DNA of 64,000 nucleotides from an uncultured virus (IMG/VR IMGVR_UViG_3300046340_000069) (IMGVR_UViG_3300046340_000069); one strand, 5' to 3'. Positions 47,289 through 58,757 are shown, counted from the first letter of the stretch. A program made the numbers and translations. The notes: generated from the sequence alone by a model not told the origin.

Positions 47289-47513
47289 ATATCAGATTAG
47301 AGGCATCAAACAGATGTCTCTAAATTTTTATCAAATTAATAAACTTGCAAATAACATATGATTCGGTAATTTATTATATGTTTCCAAGACAATATAATAT
47401 GTTTGGCAAACCTAATTATATAACTGCCTATCTAGATTATTATGAGTAATTTAATATGATTCACGATATAGTCCTACTCATAAATATTAGTAGGACTATT
47501 AAATTTAATAATT

Positions 47514-48842
47514 ATGCAGTTTGTTGGGGATTACTCATTAACCAATGTATTTTTATCAAACAAAGATAAAATAATAGATATCAAGGAGATGATCGCAGAG
47601 ATCAATATATATGAGTCGGTCAATAGTGTAGCTATCAGTGCAGATCTTACTATATCTGATAATAAGAATATATTAGAATCATTTCCTATAGTTGGTGGGG
47701 AATTTATTACTATATATGTTGGTACAAATAATGACAAATATGTATTAGATTTTGTAATATATAAAATAGATTCAAAAGTAATCTCAGAAAAAAGTCAAGT
47801 ATACATTTTACGACTTTGTACTAAGGATACCATCACTAATGAAACTAGTAGGTTTAGTAGAAGATTCAAGAATAAATTTAGTGATGAGGTGACTAAAGAC
47901 CTACTAAAAAATTATATTAAAACTACTAAAAAGATTGATGTTGACCAAACCATTTACCCACTAAATTTTGTATCACCTAATTGGCGGGTGTTCGATCTTA
48001 TTACTTGGATGGCTAGGAAAAGTACAAGTATAAAGAATGTTCAATCTGCTGGATACCTTTTTTATGAAGGACTTGATTCTTACCACTACAAAAGTATAGA
48101 TAATTTGTTTGCTCAAACAAGTAAGAATGAGAACATACCATTTACTTATGTTCCTGCAAAAACAAGTACGGATGCTGATAAAAACTATAGAATCGTTAAA
48201 TATGTGAGCGATTCATATTTTGATGTATTAGAACAATCCAGGATGGGGGCACTGTCCCATTTTAATGAGCGAATAGATTTTACTAGTAGAACCAAAACTC
48301 TTACAAAAAGTACACTTAGTAGTATTTGGAAACACCAATCACACTTAGGTGGTGGTAATATTCCAGCACAGATAAACAATTTATTATTTGCTAATCCGTC
48401 AAGAGTAATATATACTCCAATAATTAATCAATTGTTTGGTGAATCTATTGTGTATGACGGAGACGACGATAAAATTAATAAGCTAATAAATCGCAGTGTA
48501 TATAGATATACATCGATGGATTTCTTTACTATTAATATTGAGATCGCTGGTAATTTGGGTATTAGAGCGGGTGCTGTTTACACACTGAATATCCCTTCCC
48601 CCAACCCAGATTCAAATGCCAACAGGAATAGACAAACAGATAATGATCTTAGTGGCAATTGGATGTGCCACAGCATAAAGACATCAATAAACCGTACTTC
48701 TACTACCAGTATAGTAAGATTATGTAGGGACAGTGTAGGTGGAACAAAAATTCCTATTATAGGTACTTCTGCTAAAAGTATTAATAATGTAGATAGAAGT
48801 ATTATTGATACTGATATTAGGGAACTTAAAAATATAGTCTGA
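47514..48842 (+). CDS. baseplate hub protein (gp27/late-control-D-like)
   Basis: INIYES, PIVGGE, YLFYE...YHYKSID, I.GN..I.AG, SGNW; upstream of gene 5. Confidence 0.8.
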   Translation: MQFVGDYSLTNVFLSNKDKIIDIKEMIAEINIYESVNSVAISADLTISDNKNILESFPIVGGEFITIYVGTNNDKYVLDFVIYKIDSKVISEKSQVYILRLCTKDTITNETSRFSRRFKNKFSDEVTKDLLKNYIKTTKKIDVDQTIYPLNFVSPNWRVFDLITWMARKSTSIKNVQSAGYLFYEGLDSYHYKSIDNLFAQTSKNENIPFTYVPAKTSTDADKNYRIVKYVSDSYFDVLEQSRMGALSHFNERIDFTSRTKTLTKSTLSSIWKHQSHLGGGNIPAQINNLLFANPSRVIYTPIINQLFGESIVYDGDDDKINKLINRSVYRYTSMDFFTINIEIAGNLGIRAGAVYTLNIPSPNPDSNANRNRQTDNDLSGNWMCHSIKTSINRTSTTSIVRLCRDSVGGTKIPIIGTSAKSINNVDRSIIDTDIRELKNIV

Positions 48843-48956
48843 GCGGGGTCTAGAATGCTCTACAACGCATGATAACTCAAATAATGACTATTAGGACAAC
48901 TCATAAAAATAATGACCTTCTAATTGATTAGAAGGTCATTTTATTAAATTTAATAA
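48838..48956 (+). repeat. composite module: dispersed repeat + hairpin + palindrome
   Basis: gagcggggtctagaatgctctacaacgcatg...; aatgaccttctaat-tg-attagaaggtcatt; TTATTAAATTTAATAA. Confidence 0.88.
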
Positions 48957-48957
48957 A

Positions 48958-49653
48958 TTAGAACATAATAGGTTTATCCCAAGTAAGCTGATTTTCTATG
49001 TGTGTAGCAATTAATTGGTCTAGTTTTATCTGATGTTCTGGTTTGAATTGAATGGTAGAATCTGGCAACCAATTGTGAACTTCTTTGAGGTATCGTTCTG
49101 GACTGACTAATCCAGATTTTACTCCAAACTGATAATGCAAGTTCTGGAGATAATTCATATCTTCAGAACCAAAATTTATTCTCTCACTATTTCTAGGCAT
49201 ATGAATTTGTGTTCTATAGCTACTACTACCATTATTATATATTGCACCAATAGGTAGTCCAGATGACTTCTTTCGTAATACTGTATTAAACCAATTAGTA
49301 ACTACTTCTAAATTAGTAAGTTTATTATTACTAGGATCGCCATCTATATGATTAATTACATAGTTATTATTAGTCTTGACTCCAAATACTAATTCATGAA
49401 TATATGTAGTTTGTCCATCTTTATGAGTATGAAATCTACCTCCACTATCAGGATTAAAATTATATAGTTTTAACAATTCTACTTTATCAAGATCTATAGA
49501 ATTAGTATATAATTTACCAGATTTAGTATTGAGTAGATGTAATAGATCATCTACAAATAATTGATTATATGTAAGTTTTTGATTACTTTTATTGAGATTA
49601 TGGTGAGGTTGATCGAATTGATAGAGATTTAAAATTTTACAGAAATGAATCAT
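48958..49653 (-). CDS. HNH endonuclease with AP2-like DNA-binding domain (intact family member)
   Basis: IHELV...NHIDGDPSNNKLTNLEVVTNWFN; SSG..G..Y...YRTQI...FGS; promoter TGTGTTATAAT on minus strand near 49680. Confidence 0.88.
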   Translation of the reverse strand: MIHFCKILNLYQFDQPHHNLNKSNQKLTYNQLFVDDLLHLLNTKSGKLYTNSIDLDKVELLKLYNFNPDSGGRFHTHKDGQTTYIHELVFGVKTNNNYVINHIDGDPSNNKLTNLEVVTNWFNTVLRKKSSGLPIGAIYNNGSSSYRTQIHMPRNSERINFGSEDMNYLQNLHYQFGVKSGLVSPERYLKEVHNWLPDSTIQFKPEHQIKLDQLIATHIENQLTWDKPIMF

Positions 49654-49729
49654 TTTAATACAATATAAACTGTATAATCATTATAACACAGATTTCATAA
49701 ATATGAATAGAATTACCAAATCATTGTAA

Positions 49730-52189
49730 ATGAATCCCAACTTCAATCACACAAATAACTTAACCCAAAGCAACTTTTTCTATGGCGTAATCGAAAGTAC
49801 ATCTGATGCCAGTGGGTTGCATAGAGTAAAAGTAAGGATCGTCGGTGTACATAGCGATGATAGAAAAATGTTACCTACTGAGGATCTACAGTGGAGTTTA
49901 GTCGCCAACAGTACAAACTCCACCGGAAAGCATACACTTAAACCAGGGAATTTTGTTGTATGCACATTTCTTGATGCAGATATGCAACAAGCTATTGTGC
50001 TATTTTCATTATTAAGTAAAATCAAACAAAAGGGGGTAGTACTGAACAGTATTCAAGATGCCCAAACCCCAGGGGGAGTATTCATAAACTACAATTCTCC
50101 GCCATCGCCATCTACAGATAGCGATCAATCTATATATACAGGAACTATACCAGTAGAAACAATAGCCAAATCTCAAGATGGGGCAAATATAGGTAATCCG
50201 TTCGGCAAGAACACCCAAGCAATCGCAGCTAATGGTAAAAATGGTGGTACAGGAATGTTTGCCGATATCGAACGAGAAATCATCTCGTTGGGTAATATAT
50301 TCAAACACGTAGTGTTGTATGATACTGACGACATTACCTTATCCGCAGACATAGATAGCGAAATAGGTATCATACCACTGAGTAGAGTAAACAACATTCC
50401 AAAATCAGGAATTATAAAAATCGGCGACGAAATAATCACTTATTCTGGTATAGCTGATACAGGATTGTCAGGGCAAATATTGAGAGGAAGTCCAGATAGA
50501 AATAGTATAATATCTACCAAAAAAGCAGAACATAAAGCTGGAGACATAGTAACTTGGATATACCCAAAAGTAAAGAACGACAAAGCACCATTATTTTATA
50601 GTCAACTCACCGGACAAGCTATAGATTTCGCCAAAGAGATCAAAAAAAGGATGTCAGTAGTCAATGGATACATTACATGGTTAGTAAATAAAATTTCTAG
50701 TCAGATTGTATCTACATTAAGTGAATTAATTGCTGGCATAACATTAGCACTCAAAACTCCTACTGCATTGATTGGTAAGATCATAGTAGATGCACTACTA
50801 TTGGTTCTATCTCAAGTATTATGTTCTTTTGATAAGGCAACTGTTGACTCATTAGTACTATCAATAGAGCAATATATTACAGATCAAGTAACTACATTAA
50901 TTAGGAGTTTTTATGAAAATGCCACAGCTATTCAACAGTTCATCAGTGATTGTACTAATAAAATATTTGATGCCGTATTACAATTTGCTAGTATTATTCA
51001 ATCTATTGGCAACCTAATTACAAATATTACAAGGATATTCCCTGGTGCTAGTGGCGAAGCTATTAAGGTAATCGACACTAATTCAGAACCGGATACTTTG
51101 AATAAGGATAAGGTAAATGGTATATCATTTCCGGATCTAACCAATACTGCAAATATCGTAGCAAAATTATTAAATTTTTTAGGATTGGGTTGTAAGCAAG
51201 AAGTTGGGGAAAATATTAATGTTCCTGAATGTGTGACTACTGGATATTTCCCACCAGCTAATTTATGCGATCCTAATCCTGACCTTATATCAGCACTGAA
51301 TAATTTGTGGCGACCTTTACCTCAGTTTATCACTAATTATGACTTTGGTGGTGGTCTGAAGGCTGAGTATGACGGTACGCCAGGGGTAGAGAGGACGTTA
51401 TTGTCATCTCCTGCGGGTACTTATACAGAAGTGTTCAATGATGGAACTAGTCGCACAGTAATTTCCAAAGATTCGTATACACTCATTTTGAATGATAACA
51501 ATATCGAGATAAAAGGCAATTGCAATTGGAAAGTTGATGGTAATTTCGGTTTAAAAGTATCTGGGAATCTAGATTTGGAGGTTGGTAAAGAATTACGAAT
51601 GTCTATCGGTGGTAGTAGCAAGATTACATATGGCGGTTCACATAATACAATTTACGGTGGGGACAGTGTGATAAATGCGACAAATAAGTTGAATATAACT
51701 GGAAGTCAAATTGGGTTAGTTGCTTCTGGTGTAGTAGACATCAAAGGTGGAGTATTCGATGTACTTACCAGTGAGATCAATCTTACATCATCTGGTAGTT
51801 TGAGTTTGATTTCATTGCATAGTAATTTTGTTAGTGGGGTATCGCATAAGGAGATACATAGCGGAACCGTAGATAAACTTGTGGTTGGTTCGCAGAAAAA
51901 GATTAATCTTGGTAGTTACGTTGGTGACGCTATAGGAAATCATCAAACTAATTATATGAGTACTAAGACCTCTAACGTGGCAGGAATTCATACAATTACT
52001 AACAATTCTTTGTACACCATTAGTAGTAATATTAAAACAGAAAAAGTAGAGCAATTAAGTACATTTAATACAAAAGTACTACAAATTAACGCAAATAATA
52101 AAATTGAGACAATCAACGGTAGTAGTCTTAACTATGCAAATGGCTTGGCATTGCGTCAAACTAGTGGGGGTATAAACATGGATTCCTGA
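49730..52189 (+). CDS. 5: baseplate hub/spike protein (T4 gp5-like, no lysozyme domain seen)
   Basis: N-terminal OB fold FYGVIE..D...RVKVRI.G.H; DGTPG.ER....AGTY.E; beta-helix C-terminus. Confidence 0.85.
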   Translation: MNPNFNHTNNLTQSNFFYGVIESTSDASGLHRVKVRIVGVHSDDRKMLPTEDLQWSLVANSTNSTGKHTLKPGNFVVCTFLDADMQQAIVLFSLLSKIKQKGVVLNSIQDAQTPGGVFINYNSPPSPSTDSDQSIYTGTIPVETIAKSQDGANIGNPFGKNTQAIAANGKNGGTGMFADIEREIISLGNIFKHVVLYDTDDITLSADIDSEIGIIPLSRVNNIPKSGIIKIGDEIITYSGIADTGLSGQILRGSPDRNSIISTKKAEHKAGDIVTWIYPKVKNDKAPLFYSQLTGQAIDFAKEIKKRMSVVNGYITWLVNKISSQIVSTLSELIAGITLALKTPTALIGKIIVDALLLVLSQVLCSFDKATVDSLVLSIEQYITDQVTTLIRSFYENATAIQQFISDCTNKIFDAVLQFASIIQSIGNLITNITRIFPGASGEAIKVIDTNSEPDTLNKDKVNGISFPDLTNTANIVAKLLNFLGLGCKQEVGENINVPECVTTGYFPPANLCDPNPDLISALNNLWRPLPQFITNYDFGGGLKAEYDGTPGVERTLLSSPAGTYTEVFNDGTSRTVISKDSYTLILNDNNIEIKGNCNWKVDGNFGLKVSGNLDLEVGKELRMSIGGSSKITYGGSHNTIYGGDSVINATNKLNITGSQIGLVASGVVDIKGGVFDVLTSEINLTSSGSLSLISLHSNFVSGVSHKEIHSGTVDKLVVGSQKKINLGSYVGDAIGNHQTNYMSTKTSNVAGIHTITNNSLYTISSNIKTEKVEQLSTFNTKVLQINANNKIETINGSSLNYANGLALRQTSGGINMDS

Positions 52190-52192
52190 TAA

Positions 52193-52316
52193 CATACGCT
52201 GAGAGGGGGATAGGATGCCCCTCAACATATGAAAAACAGAAATATGACTACTGGCATCAAATCATAAAAATAATGACTTCCTAATTAATTTTAGAAGGTC
52301 ATTATTAAATTTAATA
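52193..52316 (+). repeat. composite module: dispersed repeat + hairpin + palindrome
   Basis: gctgagaggggataggatgcccctcaac...aatatgactactggcatcaaatcataaaaa; aatgacttcctaa...ttagaaggtcatt. Confidence 0.88.
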
Positions 52317-52537
52317 TTTAATAATGTTGCATACATCCAATAAATGTGTTATAATGATTATAACCTACGCCAGTCTTACATGATTGTCTTAAAAGTGAGA
52401 AAATCTGTCAACAACATTATTAACAACCATTATTGGTTTCCTAAAATTTTGTATCAGATCGGCACCAGCAAAATTAAAATTTATATGTTATACTAGTAGC
52501 ATATCGAAAAAATAAGCAAATTATATGTATATACCCC

Positions 52538-52744
52538 ATGACAGAAGATACAGCCATACTAGAACGAGTGATATTCGACATTTCATTAAGAGAGGTATGT
52601 TTTATCTCAGATACAGCAAACCCACGATATATATCATGGAATAATACAGAAGAATTTATGAGAATATGGCGTGAGTGTCAAAGTATTAAAGATAATGTTG
52701 AGATCTCATATACCTTTCGCACAAAGGATAGGCCGACTAAATAG
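52538..52744 (+). CDS. hypothetical protein
   Basis: 68-aa ATG ORF. Confidence 0.6.
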   Translation: MTEDTAILERVIFDISLREVCFISDTANPRYISWNNTEEFMRIWRECQSIKDNVEISYTFRTKDRPTK

Positions 52745-52770
52745 TATATATTATTAAATTTAATAAAACT

Positions 52771-52950
52771 ATGGCTAAGAAGGTTGCTACAATTAATATC
52801 AAGACATATGAGGTAGAGGTGTTCGATCATAATGCCTCAGTAGGAAAACGAAAGGGGACAATTGCTATCAGCCATGCTAATGAATTTGTGTCAATCGTAA
52901 AATCATTACAAAAGAATGATACTGAGTACCAATTGAAGTACGTTAGATAA
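52771..52950 (+). CDS. hypothetical protein (59 aa)
   Basis: Manual translation MAKKVATINIKTYEVEVFDHNASVGKRKGTIAISHANEFVSIVKSLQKNDTEYQLKYVR. Confidence 0.6.
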   Translation: MAKKVATINIKTYEVEVFDHNASVGKRKGTIAISHANEFVSIVKSLQKNDTEYQLKYVR

Positions 52951-53023
52951 TCTTTATTATCTCTTAAAATACTCACTCTACATTTAGTGTAGGGTGAGTA
53001 TTTTTAATAAATAGGAATATACA

Positions 53024-53145
53024 TATTAAATTTAATAAACCCGTTCTAGAATGCGTTAGAACGGGTTTATTTTTATATTTTAATACTAGTAGTCGTATTT
53101 ATGGTTATCATGCCTTGTAGGGTATACTAAAACCATCTTAAAGTA
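53024..53145 (-). repeat. palindrome + hairpin + dispersed repeat copy
   Basis: aacccgttcta...tagaacgggtt; tactagtagtcgtatttatgg..catgccttgtaggg. Confidence 0.75.
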
Positions 53146-53228
53146 TAATCGGTTTGCTCCAATATAAATTATATAATAATTATAACATAAATATAGTTAA
53201 TGCAATTAAATATATATATACATATAAT

Positions 53229-56200
53229 ATGAGTATAAGTCGGATACCACCAGAAGGACTGGAATCAGGAAATAAAGTAAATTTATCAAATATTAATGCT
53301 TCTGCTCCAAATATAGTACCACCAATTAATTTTTTCAATGATCTTGGTACTGGTATATTTTCACCAGAACCAGGAGTAGTAGGAGTGGCATCACAAGGGA
53401 AAGAGTTACTGCGGTTTACTCCTGCTGGTATTACTGCTGGTGGATCTATCTACGGTGGGCAAAATCCTGACTTCACTAGCAGTAATGTAGTATTATACGT
53501 GAATATTGGCGACAAGAATTGTACTGATTCTGTACTGAATACTGGTGGTAACTTGAATGCTCCATTTAAAACTATTGAACGGGCATTACTAGAAGCAGCA
53601 AAACGGTCATTTGTATCTGGATTAAATAATGATAAAAATAATGGGTATACTATAATAGTGTATCCTGGGGAATATTTGGTAGATAACCGACCAGGATTAA
53701 AGTCACAAACATTGATTGCAAATATTGTAAATTTAGAAACAGAACTGTATAAATTTAACCCCGTAGGTGGTGGGTTAATTGTCCCCAGAGGTACGTCTAT
53801 AATCGCCATAGACCCACGGAAAACAGTTATTAAACCTAAGTATGTACCAGATCCTACCGTGACGGTGCCAGGGGTCATGTTTGATGGGGCGAATCTGATT
53901 GAAAAAAATAGAGGATATATAATAGAACAAACATATCTACAAATATTGCAAGACTATCCATCAATAGTAAATATAAATCTAACATGTAAACGAGATATAG
54001 GATTTATATTGACCGCGATAACTGAAGATTTAAAAAATGGTGGTAATACTAATAGTTTTATGGCTGGAGAAGCCTATATAGATGGCACCAGTATCGTATA
54101 TTTGAGTGGTAGTGAAGTGCTAGTAACTATCGCAGCAATAGAAAAAATAAAACAATTAGCTATAGCTACTGTATTAAATAACTGGACATCTGTAGTAGAA
54201 ATAACAGTAAACAAAACTATTAATAGATATGTGCCAACAGTAGTAATAGATTATGCTGCTAATGGGGATTGTTCATCTGTGGCATCAGCAATTGATAGTT
54301 TAAGTAATATTATCATTGGAATTATATCAGATCCAGTTGGTTATGCTAGTACATTTGTTAAGACTAATGGTATATATGATTCTACTCCAATTTTTAAAGT
54401 AACTGGTTCCACCTACTTTGCAAATCTAACATTTAGTGATGCCAAAATAACACCATACAAAGCTGTATCATATACTGGTGATATTCCCGCATTTGTGATT
54501 GCTACGAATGCACAATATTCACATAATAAACTAGTAGCATTCGGTTTTGTAGAACAAAGAAATGCCTATGGTGAATTGACAGAATATTATAAAAAAATTA
54601 ATACTTGGGATCTAGTTGTTGACGGTGGCGGCAATAGAGAAGTATTAGTGGATGAATATACAATTGTATCCAAATTATCATCACCAAACTCTGTTAAAGG
54701 TGCATCCCCCTATGTATTTGGTTGTGCAGTCAGATCGATATATGGGTTAAATGGATTATTAGTAGATGGTAAAAAAGTAGCAAATGATAGTTTTAAATCA
54801 TTTGTACTTGCTCAATTCACCACCATCTCATTGCAATTAGATCCGAATGCTTTTATTGGCGATCCTACTGATGCGATAGATTCTACCAATTATGCGCCAA
54901 ATTATAAACATTACGCTTATAAAGTAATAAATAATGCTTATGCCCAAATAGTAAGTTGTTTTGCAATTGGACAAGCACAACAATTTGTAACGGAAACTGG
55001 TGGAGAAGTAAGTATTAATAATAGTACTTCCAACTTCGGTGGAGTATCTTTATATTCTTCTGGCAATTCTCCATATCCATTAAATCAAGATATTGGTCAT
55101 AATATTCTGAAATTGATTCCCCCAAAATTGATTGGTAGTGATTATAGAAGATTAGTTGTTGGTGGATTAGATACAACAAGTACTAATCTGTTTCAATTAT
55201 ATGTAAATAATTTGAATGACAATAATGGGAATATTATATTCCCACTGAATTCTTACTTTTATGTGGCAGTACCGAATCCACAAAATCCTTCCCAAATATT
55301 GAAATTACAAGTTAAATTAAATGCAACTGGGTCAAATTCTGGTATTTTTTCTGTTTATGATTATGGAGATTCAAATACAGAAAATACTTTAGCCTTGTAT
55401 ATGTTTTGTGTTGGGGGTTATCGATTTGAATCTTCTTGGTACGATTCTAATGATCCAAGACCTATTGGAGTTCAAGCGGCTAGCGAAAGTGATAGACGCA
55501 GACAAGAAATTAATAATAGTGATGTTTTTGTAGAAAGATTAGTAGATGACCGAACAGTAGATGAAAAAAATTATTCGTTTTTAGTAGTATCACCATCTAC
55601 TATCAGATTGCCTACCAACAACTATATTGTTTCTCAATTGTCCGTGGATAATAATACGGTTGTCAATAAGTATTTTGTTACAAATATTGCGGCAGTAGCA
55701 GCTAACCAAGTCACTAACAATTATACTACTCAAGGTAATTTGACTACATTGAAAATATTACGAGCGAACAGATTCTCTACACTTAACGATCAATATCCTG
55801 ATAACATTGCAGATCTTAATCCTAGTAGTGCGTATACATTGCTGACTAATAATCTCGATCCACGATTATATACTGATACTACTGCGGTTTCTATAGACAA
55901 TACAAATATTAGTTATCTGAGTGTAAAGCAATTACTTTTAGATTTTGGATATTCTACTATTGATGTGGACACATTGTTATTACCAAATGGAGGTACAACA
56001 TTACTGACCAGAGTTAGAAGTTTTATTACTAATGGTAACACTAATAGTACACTCACTGGAGCAGCTATTAAATTTAATATGTTGAAACCATCGATATTGA
56101 GATGTAGTAATCATACATGGGAATATGTAGGATATAAAAATTATACTACCGCATTACCTCAGCTACAAGTAAATATTCTATCAACTGCTGCTAAGTATAA

Positions 56201-56969
56201 AGCTATTCAGACATCTGTTAATGGGGGAGTAGTATATGCAACAGGTATGGATGAGGTTGGTAATTTATATCAAGGCAATAGTGTAATCAGTCTTGCTGAC
56301 GGAAGTACTAATGATGTTAGATTTGATGGGGTGGTTAATAGTGTTGGTACAGGTAGTGCTAATAAATACTTCACTGATATAGTAGTCAACAATACTGCTA
56401 AAATCAATATTGCTAGTATTAACACATTGACTAGTACTTTATTGCAATTTAATTCATCTTCGGCATTGAAAATGAATCTTGGTGGGGTACTTTCTGATCT
56501 GGTTGATACAAATATTCCTATAGGATTAAGAGCAACTGCTGATAAATATGGATTGGTTCGTAAAGCAACTGCGGTAGAATTATCAACTAATACTGGTGGT
56601 GGCTACGTGACTCCACCAGATATAGCTGGTGTTGCTAGGGGAATTACATACGGTAGTTATCATTTTATATTTGGTAACATACAGATGATATGGGGGGAAA
56701 TGTATATGGAGAGAGATAATGTTAGGGATAATGGTGGTGCCCCTTGGGATGATGGTGGCGCAGCATTATGGGGCGGACTTTATAATAGTCCTGGGATGCA
56801 ACCATTTATTGACGTACTATCTGTTTCTGGTACATCAGATAAATTAATTGTACTTCAGGTTGTGCCAGGATTAACGGGGTTAACTGGATATGGGGATTCA
56901 GTTAACGGGGTTAATCAAGGAAGTGGTGCTGTCTTTAAATATTTTGTGGTTGGTACAATTGCATTATAA
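53229..56969 (+). CDS. large tail fibre/virion structural protein
   Basis: PFKTIERAL, CKRDIG, STSNFG, HTWEYVG motifs seen in cyanomyovirus fibre proteins. Confidence 0.8.
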   Translation: MSISRIPPEGLESGNKVNLSNINASAPNIVPPINFFNDLGTGIFSPEPGVVGVASQGKELLRFTPAGITAGGSIYGGQNPDFTSSNVVLYVNIGDKNCTDSVLNTGGNLNAPFKTIERALLEAAKRSFVSGLNNDKNNGYTIIVYPGEYLVDNRPGLKSQTLIANIVNLETELYKFNPVGGGLIVPRGTSIIAIDPRKTVIKPKYVPDPTVTVPGVMFDGANLIEKNRGYIIEQTYLQILQDYPSIVNINLTCKRDIGFILTAITEDLKNGGNTNSFMAGEAYIDGTSIVYLSGSEVLVTIAAIEKIKQLAIATVLNNWTSVVEITVNKTINRYVPTVVIDYAANGDCSSVASAIDSLSNIIIGIISDPVGYASTFVKTNGIYDSTPIFKVTGSTYFANLTFSDAKITPYKAVSYTGDIPAFVIATNAQYSHNKLVAFGFVEQRNAYGELTEYYKKINTWDLVVDGGGNREVLVDEYTIVSKLSSPNSVKGASPYVFGCAVRSIYGLNGLLVDGKKVANDSFKSFVLAQFTTISLQLDPNAFIGDPTDAIDSTNYAPNYKHYAYKVINNAYAQIVSCFAIGQAQQFVTETGGEVSINNSTSNFGGVSLYSSGNSPYPLNQDIGHNILKLIPPKLIGSDYRRLVVGGLDTTSTNLFQLYVNNLNDNNGNIIFPLNSYFYVAVPNPQNPSQILKLQVKLNATGSNSGIFSVYDYGDSNTENTLALYMFCVGGYRFESSWYDSNDPRPIGVQAASESDRRRQEINNSDVFVERLVDDRTVDEKNYSFLVVSPSTIRLPTNNYIVSQLSVDNNTVVNKYFVTNIAAVAANQVTNNYTTQGNLTTLKILRANRFSTLNDQYPDNIADLNPSSAYTLLTNNLDPRLYTDTTAVSIDNTNISYLSVKQLLLDFGYSTIDVDTLLLPNGGTTLLTRVRSFITNGNTNSTLTGAAIKFNMLKPSILRCSNHTWEYVGYKNYTTALPQLQVNILSTAAKYKAIQTSVNGGVVYATGMDEVGNLYQGNSVISLADGSTNDVRFDGVVNSVGTGSANKYFTDIVVNNTAKINIASINTLTSTLLQFNSSSALKMNLGGVLSDLVDTNIPIGLRATADKYGLVRKATAVELSTNTGGGYVTPPDIAGVARGITYGSYHFIFGNIQMIWGEMYMERDNVRDNGGAPWDDGGAALWGGLYNSPGMQPFIDVLSVSGTSDKLIVLQVVPGLTGLTGYGDSVNGVNQGSGAVFKYFVVGTIAL

Positions 56970-57010
56970 GAATTATATAAATATTAATATTAATATTAAA
57001 AATATAAAAT

Positions 57011-58624
57011 ATGGCAGTCAACTCAAGATTTAAAATTAGAAGAAGTACCACATATAATGGTGCTGTATCAGCTATCCCCGCAGCAGTCGCGGAACTAGTT
57101 CACATTACCACCAACGCCAACAACTATGTCACTAGAGTAGGACATAAATTGTATGTTGGTGTGGGTACTGAAATTGCCGGACAAGCATCCGAATTTGAGT
57201 CTATTGGTGGACAGTACTATACTCAGCTTCTAGATGGTGTAGCTGGGGTTCTCAATCCTTCTGCTGCAATTATTACTGATGCAAATAGTCGCATTTCTGG
57301 CTTGAATATTGCTAGTGCTGGTACACTGGCACTCAACAACACTGCAAACACCTTTAGCACCACAATTAAAGCTGCTCCTGGTCTAGCTGCAAACTATGCA
57401 CTAACCCTACCTACTGTAGTTGGTTCTCCTGGGCAAGCACTATTGACTGATGGTACAGGTATATTATCTTGGGGTGCCCCAGCAAACAACATTAACAGCA
57501 CTATTCCTCTTAACACTACTGCTGCGTATGTATTGGCTGACACTGGTGCTAATACATATTTACAAATTAATACTAACACTGGTGCTAATGCTATCACCAT
57601 TGGTAACATCATTACTACTCAAGGTACTGTAGTAAAACCAAATACCACTGCTGCGTACACGATTACTGATGGTACAAATACCTTTTTAAGAATCAATACC
57701 ACTACTGTAACACCATTAACTATTCTGGGTTTTGGTAACGTAGATGTAACCAACACCTTAACTGTTACTGGTGGTGTCCTTGCAACTGGTGCCGCTACCT
57801 CTAGCGTATTCAATACTGTAGCTACCACATTATCTATTGGTGGTGCTGCTACATCTGTAAGTATTGGTGCTGCTACTGGCACTACTACTGTTAATAACGG
57901 GTTATTTATTGGTCTTGGTAGTATTACTACACTAGCTACCACTGCTTCTGTTTTTAATACTACTGCTATTACCTTAAACATTGGTGGTGCAGCTACCGTT
58001 GTCAATATTGGTGCGGTCACTGGCACCACTACCGTAAGAAATAATTTGGCTGTGACTGGTGGTGGTATTAGCACTACTGCTCTTACCGCTAGTGTTTTTA
58101 ACACTACCGCTACTACAGTAAACCTTGCTGGTGCGGCAACTACCGTAACTATTGGTGCGGGTACTGGTACTACTTCTGTTAATAACAACTTAGTGGTAGC
58201 GGGGAACTTAACTGTTAGTGGGACAACTACTACATTTAATGCAGTCAATGTTTCTGTTCAAGATAGCATCATTCAACAAGGTCTAGTTGGTGGTGCTGCT
58301 CCTACAGTAGCTACTACATTTGATTTAGGTGCCAAATATAGTTATTTTGATACTACTGCTAAAAATTCTGCTTTTTTCTTCCAGCGGACTAGTAGACGAT
58401 TTGTATTAGCGAATAACTCTACGGAAGCGGCCAGTGTCATTTCTGTCGCTACTCCAACAATCAGCAACACCGATTATGCTCCCCTTGTACTCGGTTCTCT
58501 GTATTTGAACGATGAGGCGTGTTCGGTGTTAGGAACGGCGGAACCAGTGATCGCATACCGGACAAATAATGGTGTAACTGGCAGATTTTTGGATGGAGTA
58601 ATTTTAGACGCGGGGATTTTCTAG
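57011..58624 (+). CDS. tail fibre protein
   Basis: TATAAATA at 56976; T/A/G-rich ~41-aa repeats (SVFNT.A.T..IGGAAT); ends LDAGIF. Confidence 0.8.
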   Translation: MAVNSRFKIRRSTTYNGAVSAIPAAVAELVHITTNANNYVTRVGHKLYVGVGTEIAGQASEFESIGGQYYTQLLDGVAGVLNPSAAIITDANSRISGLNIASAGTLALNNTANTFSTTIKAAPGLAANYALTLPTVVGSPGQALLTDGTGILSWGAPANNINSTIPLNTTAAYVLADTGANTYLQINTNTGANAITIGNIITTQGTVVKPNTTAAYTITDGTNTFLRINTTTVTPLTILGFGNVDVTNTLTVTGGVLATGAATSSVFNTVATTLSIGGAATSVSIGAATGTTTVNNGLFIGLGSITTLATTASVFNTTAITLNIGGAATVVNIGAVTGTTTVRNNLAVTGGGISTTALTASVFNTTATTVNLAGAATTVTIGAGTGTTSVNNNLVVAGNLTVSGTTTTFNAVNVSVQDSIIQQGLVGGAAPTVATTFDLGAKYSYFDTTAKNSAFFFQRTSRRFVLANNSTEAASVISVATPTISNTDYAPLVLGSLYLNDEACSVLGTAEPVIAYRTNNGVTGRFLDGVILDAGIF

Positions 58625-58634
58625 TAATATATAA

Positions 58635-58757
58635 TTATTAAATTTAATAAACCCCCTCTAGATGATTCTAGAGGGGGTTTATTTATGATTTGATACTAGT
58701 GTCATTATTCTAGTTTCTATGCTCTACAAGTCATCCTAGACCCCTCTCAGCACATAA
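58635..58757 (-). repeat. palindrome + hairpin + dispersed repeat fused to an HNH 3' end
   Basis: Reverse complement ...gataaacctattatgtgcTGAgaggggtctaggatgac... Confidence 0.85.

Noticed and set aside
53154..53228. Longer upstream starts in the ORF track (also 520, 4258, 10457, 13581, 23003, 44003)
   Set aside because: TTG/GTG or overlapping extensions run through promoter or terminator regions; downstream ATGs fit better.
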